A program made the position numbers and the translations under genes. From Candidatus Latescibacterota bacterium (GTDB lineage Bacteria > Latescibacterota > UBA2968 > UBA8231), in NCBI GenBank assembly GCA_965242865.1, contig CBDETK010000013.1:4768001-4832000 (forward strand): DNA of 64,000 nt, read 5' to 3'. The notes below the pieces were generated by a model. It searched no databases. It was not told where the DNA came from and worked only from the letters and a program-made list of their open reading frames with translations. Position 1 is the stretch's first letter. Each line of letters opens with the position of its first letter. Below, in pieces: positions 39,386-50,444 of the stretch.

Positions 39386-39820
39386 ATGCAGTTTGCAGGC
39401 TCTCATACCTTTAGTGCCCCGCGGCAAATCCTGTGGGACTTGCTCAACGACCCCGAGGTCTTGGCGCGCATCACGCCCGGCGTCGCCACCTTGGAGCAAA
39501 CCGGCCCCAGCCAATACCGAGCCGTGCTGCACATCAAAATGGGGCCGATCAACAGTCCCTTCAACGGGGCCCTGCAAGTCGTCGATAGCAAGGAGCCGGA
39601 GAGCTATCGCCTGCTCATCGATGTCGATGGCAAGATCGGCCAGATCCGGGCCGAAGGCCGCGTCCGGCTGGCCGACCAAGGGGGCGAGACCACAGTGGCG
39701 GTCGAGGGCGGGTCCCAGTTGACGGGCCGATTGGCGAGCATGGGCCAGCGCCTGCTCTCGGGCGTGGCGCGGATGTTTACCAACCAGTTTTTCAAGGCGC
39801 TGGAGCGCGAGATACCTTAA
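39386..39820 (+). CDS. coxG: CoxG/SRPBCC family protein
   Basis: LWDLLNDPEVLARITPG, GRLASMGQRLL. Confidence 0.88.
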   Translation: MQFAGSHTFSAPRQILWDLLNDPEVLARITPGVATLEQTGPSQYRAVLHIKMGPINSPFNGALQVVDSKEPESYRLLIDVDGKIGQIRAEGRVRLADQGGETTVAVEGGSQLTGRLASMGQRLLSGVARMFTNQFFKALEREIP

Positions 39821-39843
39821 TTCGAATTCGATAGGAGGCGACT

Positions 39844-40308
39844 ATGGCAGTAGCGATCAAGGTCACTGTCAATGGCCAAACCCACGAGCACGAGGTGGAG
39901 CCGCGCCTTATGCTCGTCAGCTATTTGCGCGAGGAGCTGGGCCTGACCGGCACCCACGTCGGCTGCGACACGAGCAATTGCGGTGCCTGCACCGCCATCG
40001 TCGATGGCCAAGCCGTCAAGGTCTGCACCATGCTCGCGGCGCAAGCCGATGGCGCGGACATAACGACCATCGAAGGGCTGGCGGCCAACGGCGCACTGCA
40101 TCCGTTGCAGGAAGCCTTCCGCGAGACCCACGGCTTGCAGTGCGGCTTTTGTACGCCCGGCATGATTATGGCCGCTTGGCAGTTGTTAGACCGCAATGCA
40201 ATGCCCAGCGACGCGGAGATCCGCCACGCGCTCGAAGGCAACTTTTGCCGCTGCACGGGCTACGACAACATCATTAAGGCGGTCAAACGCGCCGCCGAGA
40301 GTGCCTAG
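39844..40308 (+). CDS. 2Fe-2S small subunit (CoxS-like)
   Basis: GCDTSNCGAC, QCGFCTPG, CRCTGY. Confidence 0.95.
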   Translation: MAVAIKVTVNGQTHEHEVEPRLMLVSYLREELGLTGTHVGCDTSNCGACTAIVDGQAVKVCTMLAAQADGADITTIEGLAANGALHPLQEAFRETHGLQCGFCTPGMIMAAWQLLDRNAMPSDAEIRHALEGNFCRCTGYDNIIKAVKRAAESA

Positions 40309-40317
40309 GAGGCCGCT

Positions 40318-42690
40318 ATGGGAGTCATAGGACAGTCCGTCAAGCGCGTCGAAGACCAGCGCTTTATCACCGGCAAGGGCCGCTACACCGACGACATTGC
40401 CCTGCCCAACTCGACCTTTGCGGCCATCGTGCGCAGCCCGCATGCCCACGCCGCGATCCAAGGCGTTGACACGACGGCCGCGGCCGCAGCCTCTGGCGTC
40501 GTCGCCATCTTTACGGGGGCCGACCTCGAAGCCGCGGGCGTCGGCGGCCTGCCCTGCGGTTGGCAGGTGGATTTCAAAAGCGGCGATACCATGAAGGAGC
40601 CGGCCCATCCGGTGCTGGCCACGACCAAGGTGCGCCACGTTGGCGACCCGGTTGCCATCGTCCTGGCCGAGAGCCGCGAGCAAGCCGCGGATGCCGCCGA
40701 GTTGGTGGCCGTGGAATACGAGGTCTTGGACGGGGTCGTCGCGGCAACTCAAGCCATGGCCGAGGGCGCACCGCAGTTGTTCGACGATGTGCCCAACAAC
40801 ACATCCTTCGACTGGGAGCTCGGAGATCAAGCGGCCACGGACGCGGCCTTAGCGAGTGCCGCACACGTCACCACTTTGGAGTTCGACAACCAACGCCTCA
40901 TTCCCAACGCGATTGAGTCGCGCTGCGCCTTGGGCGATTACGACGCGGCCCGCGACCACTACACGCTCTACACCTCGTCGCAGAACCCCCACGTCATTCG
41001 CCTGCTGCTGACGGCGTTTGTCCTGAATTTGCCCGAGCACAAGGTGCGCGTGGTGTCGCCGGATGTGGGCGGTGGCTTTGGCTCCAAAATTTTTCACTAT
41101 GCCGAAGAAGTCCTCGTCACGTGGTGTTCCCGCCAGATTGGCCGCCCGGTCAAGTGGACCGCCAGCCGCAGCGAGGCCTTCCTCACCGACGCCCACGGCC
41201 GCGACCACCACACCAAGGTCGAGCTCGGGCTCGACGCCGATGGCCACTTCGTGGGCCTGCGGGTCAAAACCGTCGCCAATCTCGGCGCGTACCTCTCGAC
41301 CTTCGCGCCCTGCGTACCCACGTATCTCTACGGCACGCTCTTGCAAGGGCTGTACACCACCCCGGCGGTCCACGTCGATGTCACGGGCGTTTTCACTAAT
41401 ACGACCCCGGTTGACGCGCTGCGCGGCGCGGGCCGCCCCGAGGCCACGTACGTCCTAGAGCGCATTGTCGAGCAGGCCGCCTTGGAGACGGGCCGCGACC
41501 CGGCCCAACTGCGGCTCCAAAACTTCATCTCGCCCTTTGACGGCGTCGCGCAGGAAGGCTATCAGACCCAAGTGGCCCTGCAATACGACAGCGGCAACTA
41601 CGAGGCCGCGCTCGAAAAAGCACTCGCGGTCGTGGGGTACGACGAACTGCGCCAAGAGCAGGCCACGGTGCGCGCCGCCGGCAACGGCCGCTATCTCGGC
41701 ATTGGCTTTTCGACCTATATCGAAGCCTGCGGCATTGCGCCCTCGGCCGTGGTCGGGGCCTTGGGCGCGCGCGCCGGCCTCTTTGAGAGCGCCGGCGTCC
41801 GCGTCCAGCCCACCGGCAAAATCACCGTCTTCACCGGCAGCCACTCGCACGGACAGGGCCACGAGACGACCTTCGCCCAAGTGGTAGCCGATGGGTTGGG
41901 CGTGGCGATCGAAGATGTGGACATCATTCACGGCGACACCGAGTCTGTGCCCTTTGGCATGGGCACGTACGGCTCGCGCTCGCTGGCCGTAGGCGGCACG
42001 GCCATCGTCAAGAGCATGGACAAGATCAAGGAGAAGGGGGCTAAGATCGCGGCCCACTTGCTCGAAGCCGCCGAAGAGGACCTCGAATTTGCCGAAGGAC
42101 GCTGGGCGGTCAAGGGCACCGACCAGTCGATTGCCTTTGCAGAGGTCGCGCTGGCCGCGTATGTGCCGCACAATTTTCCCGAGGGATTGGAGCCGGGGCT
42201 GGAGTTTACCAGTTTCTACGACCCGGCCAATTTTACCTTTCCCTTTGGTGCTCACATAGCGGTAGTGGAAGTGGAGGCCGAAACGGGCGTGGTCGGGGTG
42301 AGGCGCTACGTCGCCGTTGACGACGTGGGCAACATCGTCAATCCCATGATCGTCGAAGGCCAAGTCCATGGCGGCATTACGCACGGCATTGGCCAAGCCC
42401 TATTTGAGGAGGCCGTGTACGACGACAGCGGCCAGCTCATCTCTGGCTCGTATATGGATTACGTCCTGCCGCGCGCCGACGACCTGCCTTCCTTTGAAAC
42501 CGATCACACGGTCACGCCCTGCCCGCACAACCCCCTCGGCGTCAAGGGCGCTGGCGAGACCGGCACGATTGGCTCGCCGCCGGCCATTGTCAACGCCGTG
42601 CTCGACGCCCTGTGGCCTTTGGGCGTGCGCGACCTGACCATGCCGCTGACGCCGCAGAAGGTGTGGCGGGCCATCCAGCAAGTTAGCTAA
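40318..42690 (+). CDS. Molybdenum hydroxylase large subunit (CoxL form II-like / xanthine dehydrogenase family)
   Basis: [15 protein letters not shown] active-site loop (not AYXCSFR), GQGHETT, KGAGE. Confidence 0.92.
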   Translation: MGVIGQSVKRVEDQRFITGKGRYTDDIALPNSTFAAIVRSPHAHAAIQGVDTTAAAAASGVVAIFTGADLEAAGVGGLPCGWQVDFKSGDTMKEPAHPVLATTKVRHVGDPVAIVLAESREQAADAAELVAVEYEVLDGVVAATQAMAEGAPQLFDDVPNNTSFDWELGDQAATDAALASAAHVTTLEFDNQRLIPNAIESRCALGDYDAARDHYTLYTSSQNPHVIRLLLTAFVLNLPEHKVRVVSPDVGGGFGSKIFHYAEEVLVTWCSRQIGRPVKWTASRSEAFLTDAHGRDHHTKVELGLDADGHFVGLRVKTVANLGAYLSTFAPCVPTYLYGTLLQGLYTTPAVHVDVTGVFTNTTPVDALRGAGRPEATYVLERIVEQAALETGRDPAQLRLQNFISPFDGVAQEGYQTQVALQYDSGNYEAALEKALAVVGYDELRQEQATVRAAGNGRYLGIGFSTYIEACGIAPSAVVGALGARAGLFESAGVRVQPTGKITVFTGSHSHGQGHETTFAQVVADGLGVAIEDVDIIHGDTESVPFGMGTYGSRSLAVGGTAIVKSMDKIKEKGAKIAAHLLEAAEEDLEFAEGRWAVKGTDQSIAFAEVALAAYVPHNFPEGLEPGLEFTSFYDPANFTFPFGAHIAVVEVEAETGVVGVRRYVAVDDVGNIVNPMIVEGQVHGGITHGIGQALFEEAVYDDSGQLISGSYMDYVLPRADDLPSFETDHTVTPCPHNPLGVKGAGETGTIGSPPAIVNAVLDALWPLGVRDLTMPLTPQKVWRAIQQVS

Positions 42691-42703
42691 GGAGAAGCCG
42701 ACC

Positions 42704-43519
42704 ATGATACCTGCCGCGTTTGACTATCACCGCCCCTCTTCAGTAGATGAGGCGATTCAGCTCCTCGCGGGCGACGCCAAGCTCTTGGCGGGCGGCCACA
42801 GCCTGTTGCCGGCCATGAAGCTCCGCCTGTCGGCGCCGGATGCGCTGATCGACATTGGGCGGCTCGCCGAGTGCAACTACATCCGCGAGGATGGCGACGC
42901 CGTAGCCATCGGTGCTGTCACCACCCACCATCAGATTGCGACCTCGCCCCTGACCAACGGCCGGGTCGCCGCGCTGGCCCAAGCGGCCGGGGTCATCGGC
43001 GATCCTCAGGTTCGCAATAAGGGGACCATTGGCGGCTCCTTGGCGCACGCCGACCCGGCGGCCGACTACCCGGCGGCGATCTTGGCACTCGGTGCTGAGA
43101 TCAAGGTCAAGAGCGAGGCGGGCGAGCGCGTGATTCCCGCGGCCGAGTTCTTTATCGACTTGTTTTTGACCGCCCTCGCGCCGGACGAGATCATCATTGA
43201 GGTGCGAGTCCCGGCCGCGGAAAAGTCGGCGTACTGCAAGTTTCCGCATCCAGCCTCGCGCTTTGCGGTCGTCGGCTGCGCCGCGGCCGCGGTCGGAGGC
43301 GCGGTCCAGGTGGCCTTTACGGGCGTGGCCAATGCGGCCTTCCGCGATACAGAGGTTGAAGCGGCCCTCCGCGGCGGCTTGAGCGAGGACTCGATCGCCG
43401 CAGCCGCGGCCCGGGCGGCCGACGGACAGGATGTGCTCGCCGACCACTTTGCTGGCGAAGAGTACCGCCGCCACTTGGCCAAGGTTTTCGCCCGCAAGGC
43501 GCTGACGGTCATCGCCTGA
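42704..43519 (+). CDS. FAD-binding medium subunit (CoxM-like)
   Basis: AGGHSLLP, QVRNKGTIGGS, DPAAD. Confidence 0.93.
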   Translation: MIPAAFDYHRPSSVDEAIQLLAGDAKLLAGGHSLLPAMKLRLSAPDALIDIGRLAECNYIREDGDAVAIGAVTTHHQIATSPLTNGRVAALAQAAGVIGDPQVRNKGTIGGSLAHADPAADYPAAILALGAEIKVKSEAGERVIPAAEFFIDLFLTALAPDEIIIEVRVPAAEKSAYCKFPHPASRFAVVGCAAAAVGGAVQVAFTGVANAAFRDTEVEAALRGGLSEDSIAAAAARAADGQDVLADHFAGEEYRRHLAKVFARKALTVIA

Positions 43520-43537
43520 GCACCCATCGCGCCTAAG

Positions 43538-43580
43538 CAGGATAGCCCCCGATGCCGGTTGAGCGTCGGGGCTATCCTGT
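43538..43580. terminator. Hairpin after the cox cluster
   Basis: caggatagcccc...ggggctatcctg. Confidence 0.6.
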
Positions 43581-43732
43581 CTAAGAACGTCAGTTCCCGG
43601 TATATCGCCTCGCGTCGGGTTTGGCCTTGGGATCATTATCCACTATATATAATATATACTTTATACCTTATACCTTATACCTTTGATACATTGGCTAACT
43701 AGTGTATGAATTCACCCCAACAAGGGGGTTGT

Positions 43733-43888
43733 ATGCTCAGAGGACCTAACGGCGAGGTTCGGCCCGCCGACATGAACCAATTGGCCAAGTGTGTCGTTGA
43801 TCTAGCGGCTAGGGCGACCTCTGCGAAGGAGCTCAAGCGAGTTACTCAGGCCAAGAGCCGCCCTATCGTCCGCAAGGGCAACTCATGA
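43733..43888 (+). CDS. Small basic hypothetical protein
   Basis: MLRGPNGEVRPADMNQLAK..VDLA; its stop codon overlaps the next ATG. Confidence 0.5.
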   Translation: MLRGPNGEVRPADMNQLAKCVVDLAARATSAKELKRVTQAKSRPIVRKGNS

Positions 43889-44388
43889 TACGTGACGAAA
43901 TCTGGGATCAGATGATAGAGGCGGAATGCCTCGTTCGATACTATGACGCTTTGACCCAGCGATACCGCGTCTACCACAAGATACTGAGGGCTGTCATTCT
44001 TCTGTCCTCTATGATGGCCATAGGGGCGCTGTTGGAGCAATTTCCTCCAAATGTATACCTCGTAATAGGTGCTTTGTTAGCCGTTGCCGTTGTTTGGGAT
44101 ATGCTCGCCGACTATTCTGCGAAGAGTGCTCTCCTAAGCGTCATTTGTATGGAATGTATGGGTCTGCTAAACGAGTGGCGTACCTTGTGGGAGGATGTCA
44201 ATCAAGAGGAGATAAATGAATCGTCGCTTAGGCAGAGAACTCGTGAACTAGCAAAAAGACTGACTGACGTGACTAGTCGAGCCATTCCTGCCAATATTGC
44301 CGGCAATAAGAGTCTTTATGAAAAAGAGGCCGAAGCCGCATATCAGGTTGTAAAGGATCGTTATTATGTCGAAGAAACCACTGTCTGA
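43885..44388 (+). CDS. Two-TM membrane protein, SLATT-like
   Basis: Two N-terminal hydrophobic helices followed by a helical soluble domain. Confidence 0.55.
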   Translation: MIRDEIWDQMIEAECLVRYYDALTQRYRVYHKILRAVILLSSMMAIGALLEQFPPNVYLVIGALLAVAVVWDMLADYSAKSALLSVICMECMGLLNEWRTLWEDVNQEEINESSLRQRTRELAKRLTDVTSRAIPANIAGNKSLYEKEAEAAYQVVKDRYYVEETTV

Positions 44389-44492
44389 GCGGATAGGAGG
44401 TTATCCCCCACGGACTCCAAGTCCCCGCCGACCCAAGCCGCCACCTAAACCCCTATCCAAGCCGCCACCTAAATCGCCACCTAAAACATAGA

Positions 44493-44702
44493 TCAAAAGC
44501 CATTCGCGCCCAGTACGGCAACGTCAAACTCGGCACTTCGCACGACGCTGTCTTCCACGTCGTGAAACCCATCGAGGTCCTCGGAAAAACGCGGACTATC
44601 GGGGAATTGGTGCAAAACCGTAGCACCCGCTACATAGCTCTCTGGGCTGCGGTTTTGTGCTAACAAACGCAGGATAGATTGCTGAAACGCGCTTAGGGGC
44701 AT
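44493..44702 (-). pseudogene. Truncated AbiEii-like nucleotidyltransferase
   Basis: SYVAGATVL, PRFSEDLD motif, only 69 aa. Confidence 0.65.
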
Positions 44703-44878
44703 AGCCGGGCGGCCAAGATGAATCCCGGCCGGCCTCCGTGTAGCCGCAAACCTCGGGCGATCTCGGGTATATCTTCGACGCCAATTTCCAAATCCCGGCG
44801 CAAATACCAGAAACAGCGGGCGTAGTAATCGGCAAAGGCTTGGCGGGCGAGTTGCAGCCGCTCGGTGTCGCTCAACAT
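44693..44878 (-). CDS. Small protein upstream of the AbiEii-like gene (putative antitoxin)
   Basis: AFADYYARCFW...LRLHGG; overlaps the next gene. Confidence 0.55.
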   Translation of the reverse strand: MLSDTERLQLARQAFADYYARCFWYLRRDLEIGVEDIPEIARGLRLHGGRPGFILAARLCP

Positions 44879-45284
44879 CTTTGGGTTTTGTTCCACTTGC
44901 AAGGTTAGCGTCTTTTGGGAGGGTACGCGAAAAACAGCGATTGGGTGTAAGCCTTTCGGTTTCATCTCATACGCTGTCCTAGCCTCTTGCTGATTTCCAC
45001 TGCCGCAAAATGGTTGGAGATCGTCCTGACTCTCTCGCAAGCCGCTCTGCTTTATCATTCTTAATACCCATCTCGGCGCTTGGTCTCGTTATGGGGTCTC
45101 CAGTTGGTGAGTTTGGCTCAAGCCTGAACTTGATTTAGGGGTTCGCACGGGCATTGGGACGCGAGGGATGGCTAACCAGACGCACACGCGCTCCCGGTCG
45201 TCACTGGGTGCGGGCGTGTAGGAAGACCATGAGCGAAGAGATGTCGGCGGGCGAGACCCCGGAAATGCGCGACGCCTGTCCTAA

Positions 45285-46208
45285 GAAGCCTTTTTAAAAC
45301 TCCTTTTTTGCTTGGATTTGACGTTGGCGTATTCACCGCACCCCTTCAGGTTTCGCCTAAGACCCCTGAACGAAAGGTCTCCGATGAGTACGCCCTATCA
45401 ATATCCGACCGACCTAACAGACGCGCCATGGCAGCGGCGGTCTCCCCTCGTACCCTCTCGTCGTTGGCGTCGGGGGGGTCCGGGTCGTCCTCCCCGTACT
45501 CTACGTTTGGTGCTCAATGGGATTCTCTATCGAGCTAAAACCGGTTGCCCGGGGCCGATGCTACCGCCGACGTTTGGCCCTTGGCAAACAGTGTATGGAT
45601 ACTTCAACCGATGGCGGCGAGCCGGACCCTGGCAGCGGATATTGGACGCCTTGACCCGCCAACAGCGCACCCGTCGATGCCGCCGGCCAACCCCTTCGGC
45701 CGGCGGCATCAACGCTCAGCGTGTCAAGACCGCCACGCAAGGCCGAGCTATAGGGTATGACGCCGGGAAACGGGTCAAAGGACGCAAACGCCACCTGTTC
45801 GTCGATAGCCAAGGCTCGATCCTGCAAGGCAAGGTCACCGCCGCCCACATCTCCGACGCCGACGGCTTAAAGGCCCTGTTGAGGGACTATTTCGCCGCCG
45901 GCGTCCAACGGCTGAGAAGCGTGTGGGTCGATGCCGGCTATCGAGGCGAAGCCCTCAACGCATGGGGCGCCGGATTAAAACAAACCTATAAAATCCGATT
46001 GGAGGGCAGCGAAAAACCACGACCCGGCTTTACTCTACTCAAACGCCGGTGGGTCGTAGAACGAACCTTTGCTTGGTTGGGCAACTATCGTATCCACGCC
46101 AAAGATTATGAGATCGTAACCGACAATAGCCAAGCCTTTATACATATCGTTATGATCCATCTGTTGCTCAAGCGAAAAAACAAAAAAAAAGAATTTTAAA
46201 AAGGCTTC
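45285..46208 (+). mobile_element. IS5-family insertion sequence (IS1031/IS427-like), transposase 45384-46199
   Basis: TIRs gaagcctttttaaaa(c/t)tc, TAA on both flanks; YPTDLTD, KGRKRH, RWVVERTFAWL; several conserved residues look altered. Confidence 0.92.
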
Positions 46209-47057
46209 TAAGCGCGTCGCGGCAAGACACTGCGGCGACTAGACAAGAGATTGCCAATAGCCCGCTGCTGGTAGGTGCTGCTCAAAGACTGCACCGCTTT
46301 TTCGAGCAAGTCGTTGTATCGCGTCATGTCAGCACCGTCGTTCGTCTGCGCGTCGAACAGGGCGCACAATTCCTCATGCGGACTTTCCTCCCCTGCACAC
46401 AACAGCCGATACAACTCTAGTATCTGCTGGTTGGGCAAAAGTAAAGCGCACCTCGCCGCTCTTGCGGACATAGACGAGAAAATAGGGATGCAGCGGGTTT
46501 ATCTGCTCATTGCCCGTTGAATCGCCTTGCTGCCGGAGACAGAAAACAACGCCGGCCGTGATCATTGGATAATCCGCGTACGGTGGAACAACAGCATAAA
46601 GCCCCAAAGGAGCGTCTGCAAGGATTTGCCGATTGCTCTCGAATCGGCGGCCCTTCGTATTGTGAACGGTATTGAGGGAGGACGTACCGCGAAGGATTGA
46701 ACAGGGAAAGCTGGTACTTAGAGATTTCGTCGTTCAGATCGTCGTACGACATAAATCCACCTTGCCGCAAGTCAATGTTCGCATAGACGGCCTGCGGCTG
46801 ACCGCGCTCGGGGAATCCACCCAGTTCCGCCAGCGAGTCCGGGTAGTATCGCTCGATGTGCTTGCGGGAACGGGCAATGGTCAACTCGTCGAGCAGCTTA
46901 AAAAAAGTGGAACTGAGCCGTTCCAAGAGCTCGCGGGTTTGGCGAGCGTCCGACCGCTTGGCCCATTCCGTAAAGGTGCGTTGAGCCGTGGCCAGGGTCT
47001 CTTGCAGGCTGGCCACGCCGAGCGATTCGCCGAAGGCGTCATCGCGGCCTTCGGTTT
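46208..47057 (-). pseudogene. Fragments of a large helicase-like (SNF2/restriction-associated) gene between two IS elements
   Basis: FFKLLDELTIARSRKHIERYY and NPLHPYFLVYV in broken frames. Confidence 0.6.
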
Positions 47058-47058
47058 A

Positions 47059-48252
47059 GGAAGCTTCTGATTAAGTCTCACTTTAGAAGGCTTGTATCTT
47101 CTGTTTGTTTTTGTTGGATTCCACTCTGTCAAAAAGGCTCTATTTCGTGGTATATTTTTTGCTCTTTGTTTCCTCGCTATCGATTCGGGACGGATTCGTC
47201 CCTAGGCTGCCCGAAGTGGTCTACGGACGAGGTATAAGTTGGCTAGCGCAAACAAGATAACGAGTTGAGCGGCATTGTTGGCCAAGCCTCGATAGCGTAC
47301 CTTACGATAGCCCCAGCGGTGCTTGATGATGCCAAAGACGTGTTCGACCCGGGCTCGGACGCGGTGGCTCTTGCGGTTAAACGAGCGGTCGGCACAGGTT
47401 AGTTTTCGATGGCGGGTTGCCTTGCGATGGACCTGCCACTTGATGCCTTGGGCTTGGGCTTCCTGCGGCCATTGGGCATCGGCATCGGCTTTGTCGCCAT
47501 AGATAACCTGTTCGTCGCCATGCAAACAGTCGGCCATGACTTGCGAATCATGGACGGAGGCCGAGGTCACTACCACGCGATGCACCCGTCCATGCGGATC
47601 ACGGCCAATATGTGCTTTGAGGCCAAAGTGCCACGTCGTCCCCTTCTTCGTCGTCCCCATCTCCAGATCCCGGGCGCGATCCCGATTCTGGGTCGAAGTC
47701 GGGGCCGCCACAATCGTCGCATCTACAATCGTCCCTGCGCGCATCAGCAACCCGCGTTCCGACCGATGCTGTACGGTGCGCTCAAACAACACCTCGGTCA
47801 AACCATGTGTGCGCAAAAAATGACGAAATTTGCCGATCGTCGTCTCATCTGGGATGTCGTCCAACGACACCCCCGCAAAACGCCGCATCGATTCCACATC
47901 ATACAGACTATCCTCCATCGCCGGATCACTCAGATTATACCCTTGTTGCATGAAGTAAACACGCAACATCACGTCCACCGCCATCGGACGACGACCCCGG
48001 CCGGGTTTCGGATACTTCTGCAAAATGGGTTGCAGAAGGCAATCCCAAGGTAAGACATCATTCATCTCTGAAAGAAAACGCTCTTTGCGAGTGATCTTCT
48101 TTTTTTGGGTGTACGCAACATCGGAAAAATGCATGGAAGTCATCGCTTTTTCACTCCTATCTCATTATTTATGTAGAATACATTATGATATATATCATAT
48201 AACATATAATATCGAAGAGCAAGACACACAAAGAGACTTAATCAGAGCTTCC
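47059..48252 (-). mobile_element. IS5-family insertion sequence (IS5 subgroup), transposase 47202-48143
   Basis: TIRs ggaagc(t)tctgattaagtctc; IPDETTI, GTIVDAT, WHFGLKAHIG, RARVEHVF, RYRGL. Confidence 0.92.
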
Positions 48253-48283
48253 TGTATATACTTTTAACCATTATAGTGAGGAA

Positions 48284-48363
48284 ATTTGTAATCGCCCAAG
48301 ATTGCATCTAAATCCTAAACATAGGATCCGCACCATGCTTATTTATATACAAAAAAAGCACTC
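48284..48363 (+). repeat. ~80-bp imperfect direct repeat, second copy at 49625-49706
   Basis: atttgtaatc.cccaagattgcatctaaatccta.aca.agga.ccgcaccatgcttatt. Confidence 0.85.
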
Positions 48364-48722
48364 ACGCAAGGGCGGGTAGTGGCCACCTAGGCTGCTCCCA
48401 CAGAAAGGATAACCATGCTTGACCCATAAATTCGCAGTCGGCGACCAGCCAGCACACCCCTCGGTCGAAGTAGGACAACATTCGGGCCAGCAGGTGCATA
48501 CGTTGCTAGGTGTGCTTGATTTGCTTGACAAGACTCAGTATGGGAATTAAAATATAAAAATCGCTAGCCAAGGAACCCATTTGGGAGCTTCTCAAGGACA
48601 CCACGTCTGGAAATAATCTGGCAAAACCTGACTATAAAATAGAGGCCGCGAAGTACGCGACCGGAGAAGCCGCGCCGGAGCCAATCGCGGACCGCGTCCT
48701 CGCCAAACAAAAGGAGAGGAAA

Positions 48723-49502
48723 ATGACCCGATTCAAGGTTTGTCTTAGTATGATTTGTCTTGCTGCTTGTATGAATAGTTACGCCGAGTCGGAGAATGGG
48801 AATGCGTCATCCCATTCCGAACAGGCCGAATGGGGCTACGGCATCGAGAACGGCCCCGCCGTTTGGGGACAACTCAGCCCTGAATATGCCCTTTGCGCTG
48901 TGGGGATACACCAATCGCCGATTGATCTGGTGAATCCCACATCGGCAGCACTGCCTGCCATCGCCTTCAACTACCAGCCAACCGCCCTGCGTATTCAAAA
49001 TAATGGACACACCGTTGTCGTGGCGTCCTCGCAAGAAAACTGGATTGAGGTGGATAGTACCAGATACGAGCTGCTCCAGTTCCACTTTCACGCCCCGAGC
49101 GAACACACCGTGGCCGGTCAATCGTTTGCTATGGAAATGCACCTCGTCCATCAAAACGAGGACGGCGCGTTGGCGGTCATTGGGGTGCTCATTGAGCGCG
49201 GTAGGGAGCACGCCGCATTCAACTCGCTCTGGGCGCATTTACCAAGCACCCCAGGGGCTGTACAACAGATTGAGCAGGTCGCCGTTGACGCGGGCGACTT
49301 GTTGCCGAGCGCGAGGTCTTACTATCGCTACGATGGCTCGTTGACGACTCCGCCTTGTTCGGAAGGGGTCCAATGGTTTGTGCTGACGACGCCTATTACA
49401 TTGTCCGAAGCGCAAATCGCCGCATTTGCCGCTATCGTCCATGGCAACAATCGGCCCGTGCAGCCGCTCAATGGACGCCAACTCCTCGTTGATGTCCAAT
49501 AG
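48723..49502 (+). CDS. Alpha-class carbonic anhydrase, secreted
   Basis: WGY, QSPID, NNGHT, QFHFHAPSEH, EMHLVH, GSLTTPPCSEGV, NNRPVQPLN. Confidence 0.96.
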   Translation: MTRFKVCLSMICLAACMNSYAESENGNASSHSEQAEWGYGIENGPAVWGQLSPEYALCAVGIHQSPIDLVNPTSAALPAIAFNYQPTALRIQNNGHTVVVASSQENWIEVDSTRYELLQFHFHAPSEHTVAGQSFAMEMHLVHQNEDGALAVIGVLIERGREHAAFNSLWAHLPSTPGAVQQIEQVAVDAGDLLPSARSYYRYDGSLTTPPCSEGVQWFVLTTPITLSEAQIAAFAAIVHGNNRPVQPLNGRQLLVDVQ

Positions 49503-49979
49503 CAATAGCTTCGCAGCAGGTAAGTGCTTGCAGCCGAAGTCGTGCAATTTTATAGATCGCCACCTAAGTACACGACAGTAATCTCAAGTGATCGTACGTT
49601 GTGGTACGGCCCTGCTTTAGGTTTATTTGTAATCACCCAAGATTGCATCTAAATCCTACACACAGGAGCCGCACCATGCTTATTCATAACGTTAAAAAAA
49701 GCTCTCCGGCAAGGGGTCACCTTCGACGACTTCCTCGAACGACAAATTCGGTTCAGCCTCCCGCTCGTCGAAGGCACTTAAATCCTCAGAGTCCTCAGAA
49801 GCGTTCTTAAAACTATTTTTGTTTTTCGATTCTGCGGACAGCGACGGCGATGTCGATTTGGTGGTGTTGGCTCCGGTCTTGGGCGGTGTGCATCTGCTCA
49901 AGAGTTCGCTGAGCGCTGCCGCTAACAGCAGTACTGACGCCAGCGGCAACGCAACCAGCGCAGCATCGGCTGGGCGCCA

Positions 49980-50315
49980 GCTATCCCAATCCGTTCAATC
50001 CGGCGGTGGTGCTGCCGCTTGATTTGGCAACGGACGCGGCGAGCGTGTCGCTGACAGTGCATGACGTGTTGGGTCGTCGAGTGCGGCAGGTATGGCAGGG
50101 GCCGCTGGGGGCGGGTAGCCATCGGTTTACTTGGGATGACCAGCACTTGCTCCGCTCCATAGCGCTCGACCAGTCGGGCCGCTGGGGGCGGGTAGCCATC
50201 GGTTTACTTGGGATGGGCGCGACGAGGAGGGTAAAGACATGGCGGCGGGCGTGTACATCTATCGGGTCGAAATCGACGGACGGGTAGAAGCGAAAAAGAC
50301 GACGAAGCTGCCTTA
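49980..50315 (+). pseudogene. FlgD/T9SS-like C-terminal domain remnant interrupted by a 40-bp duplication and 37-bp insert
   Basis: PNPFNPA..DVLGRRVR..FTWD / WDGRDEEG..GVYIYR; identical 40-mers at 50099-50138 and 50176-50215. Confidence 0.8.
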
Positions 50316-50444
50316 GAAGTTGTCTGCTCCGCAAATTCTACCTTGGGGCGTGTTGAACAAGCCGTAGAGCCGGTCTGCTCGGCCTTAGCCCGTTCTGCCG
50401 CGTCGCCTCAACGCCATGCAAGCCGGGCAGGTGAACCTCCATGA

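Noticed and set aside
40318-42690. Aerobic CO dehydrogenase (form I coxL)
   Set aside because: The active-site loop is ALRGAGR, not AYXCSFR, so the substrate cannot be assigned.
43660-43684. Short TTATACC tandem repeat
   Set aside because: Only about three units in AT-rich intergenic DNA, with no supportable function.
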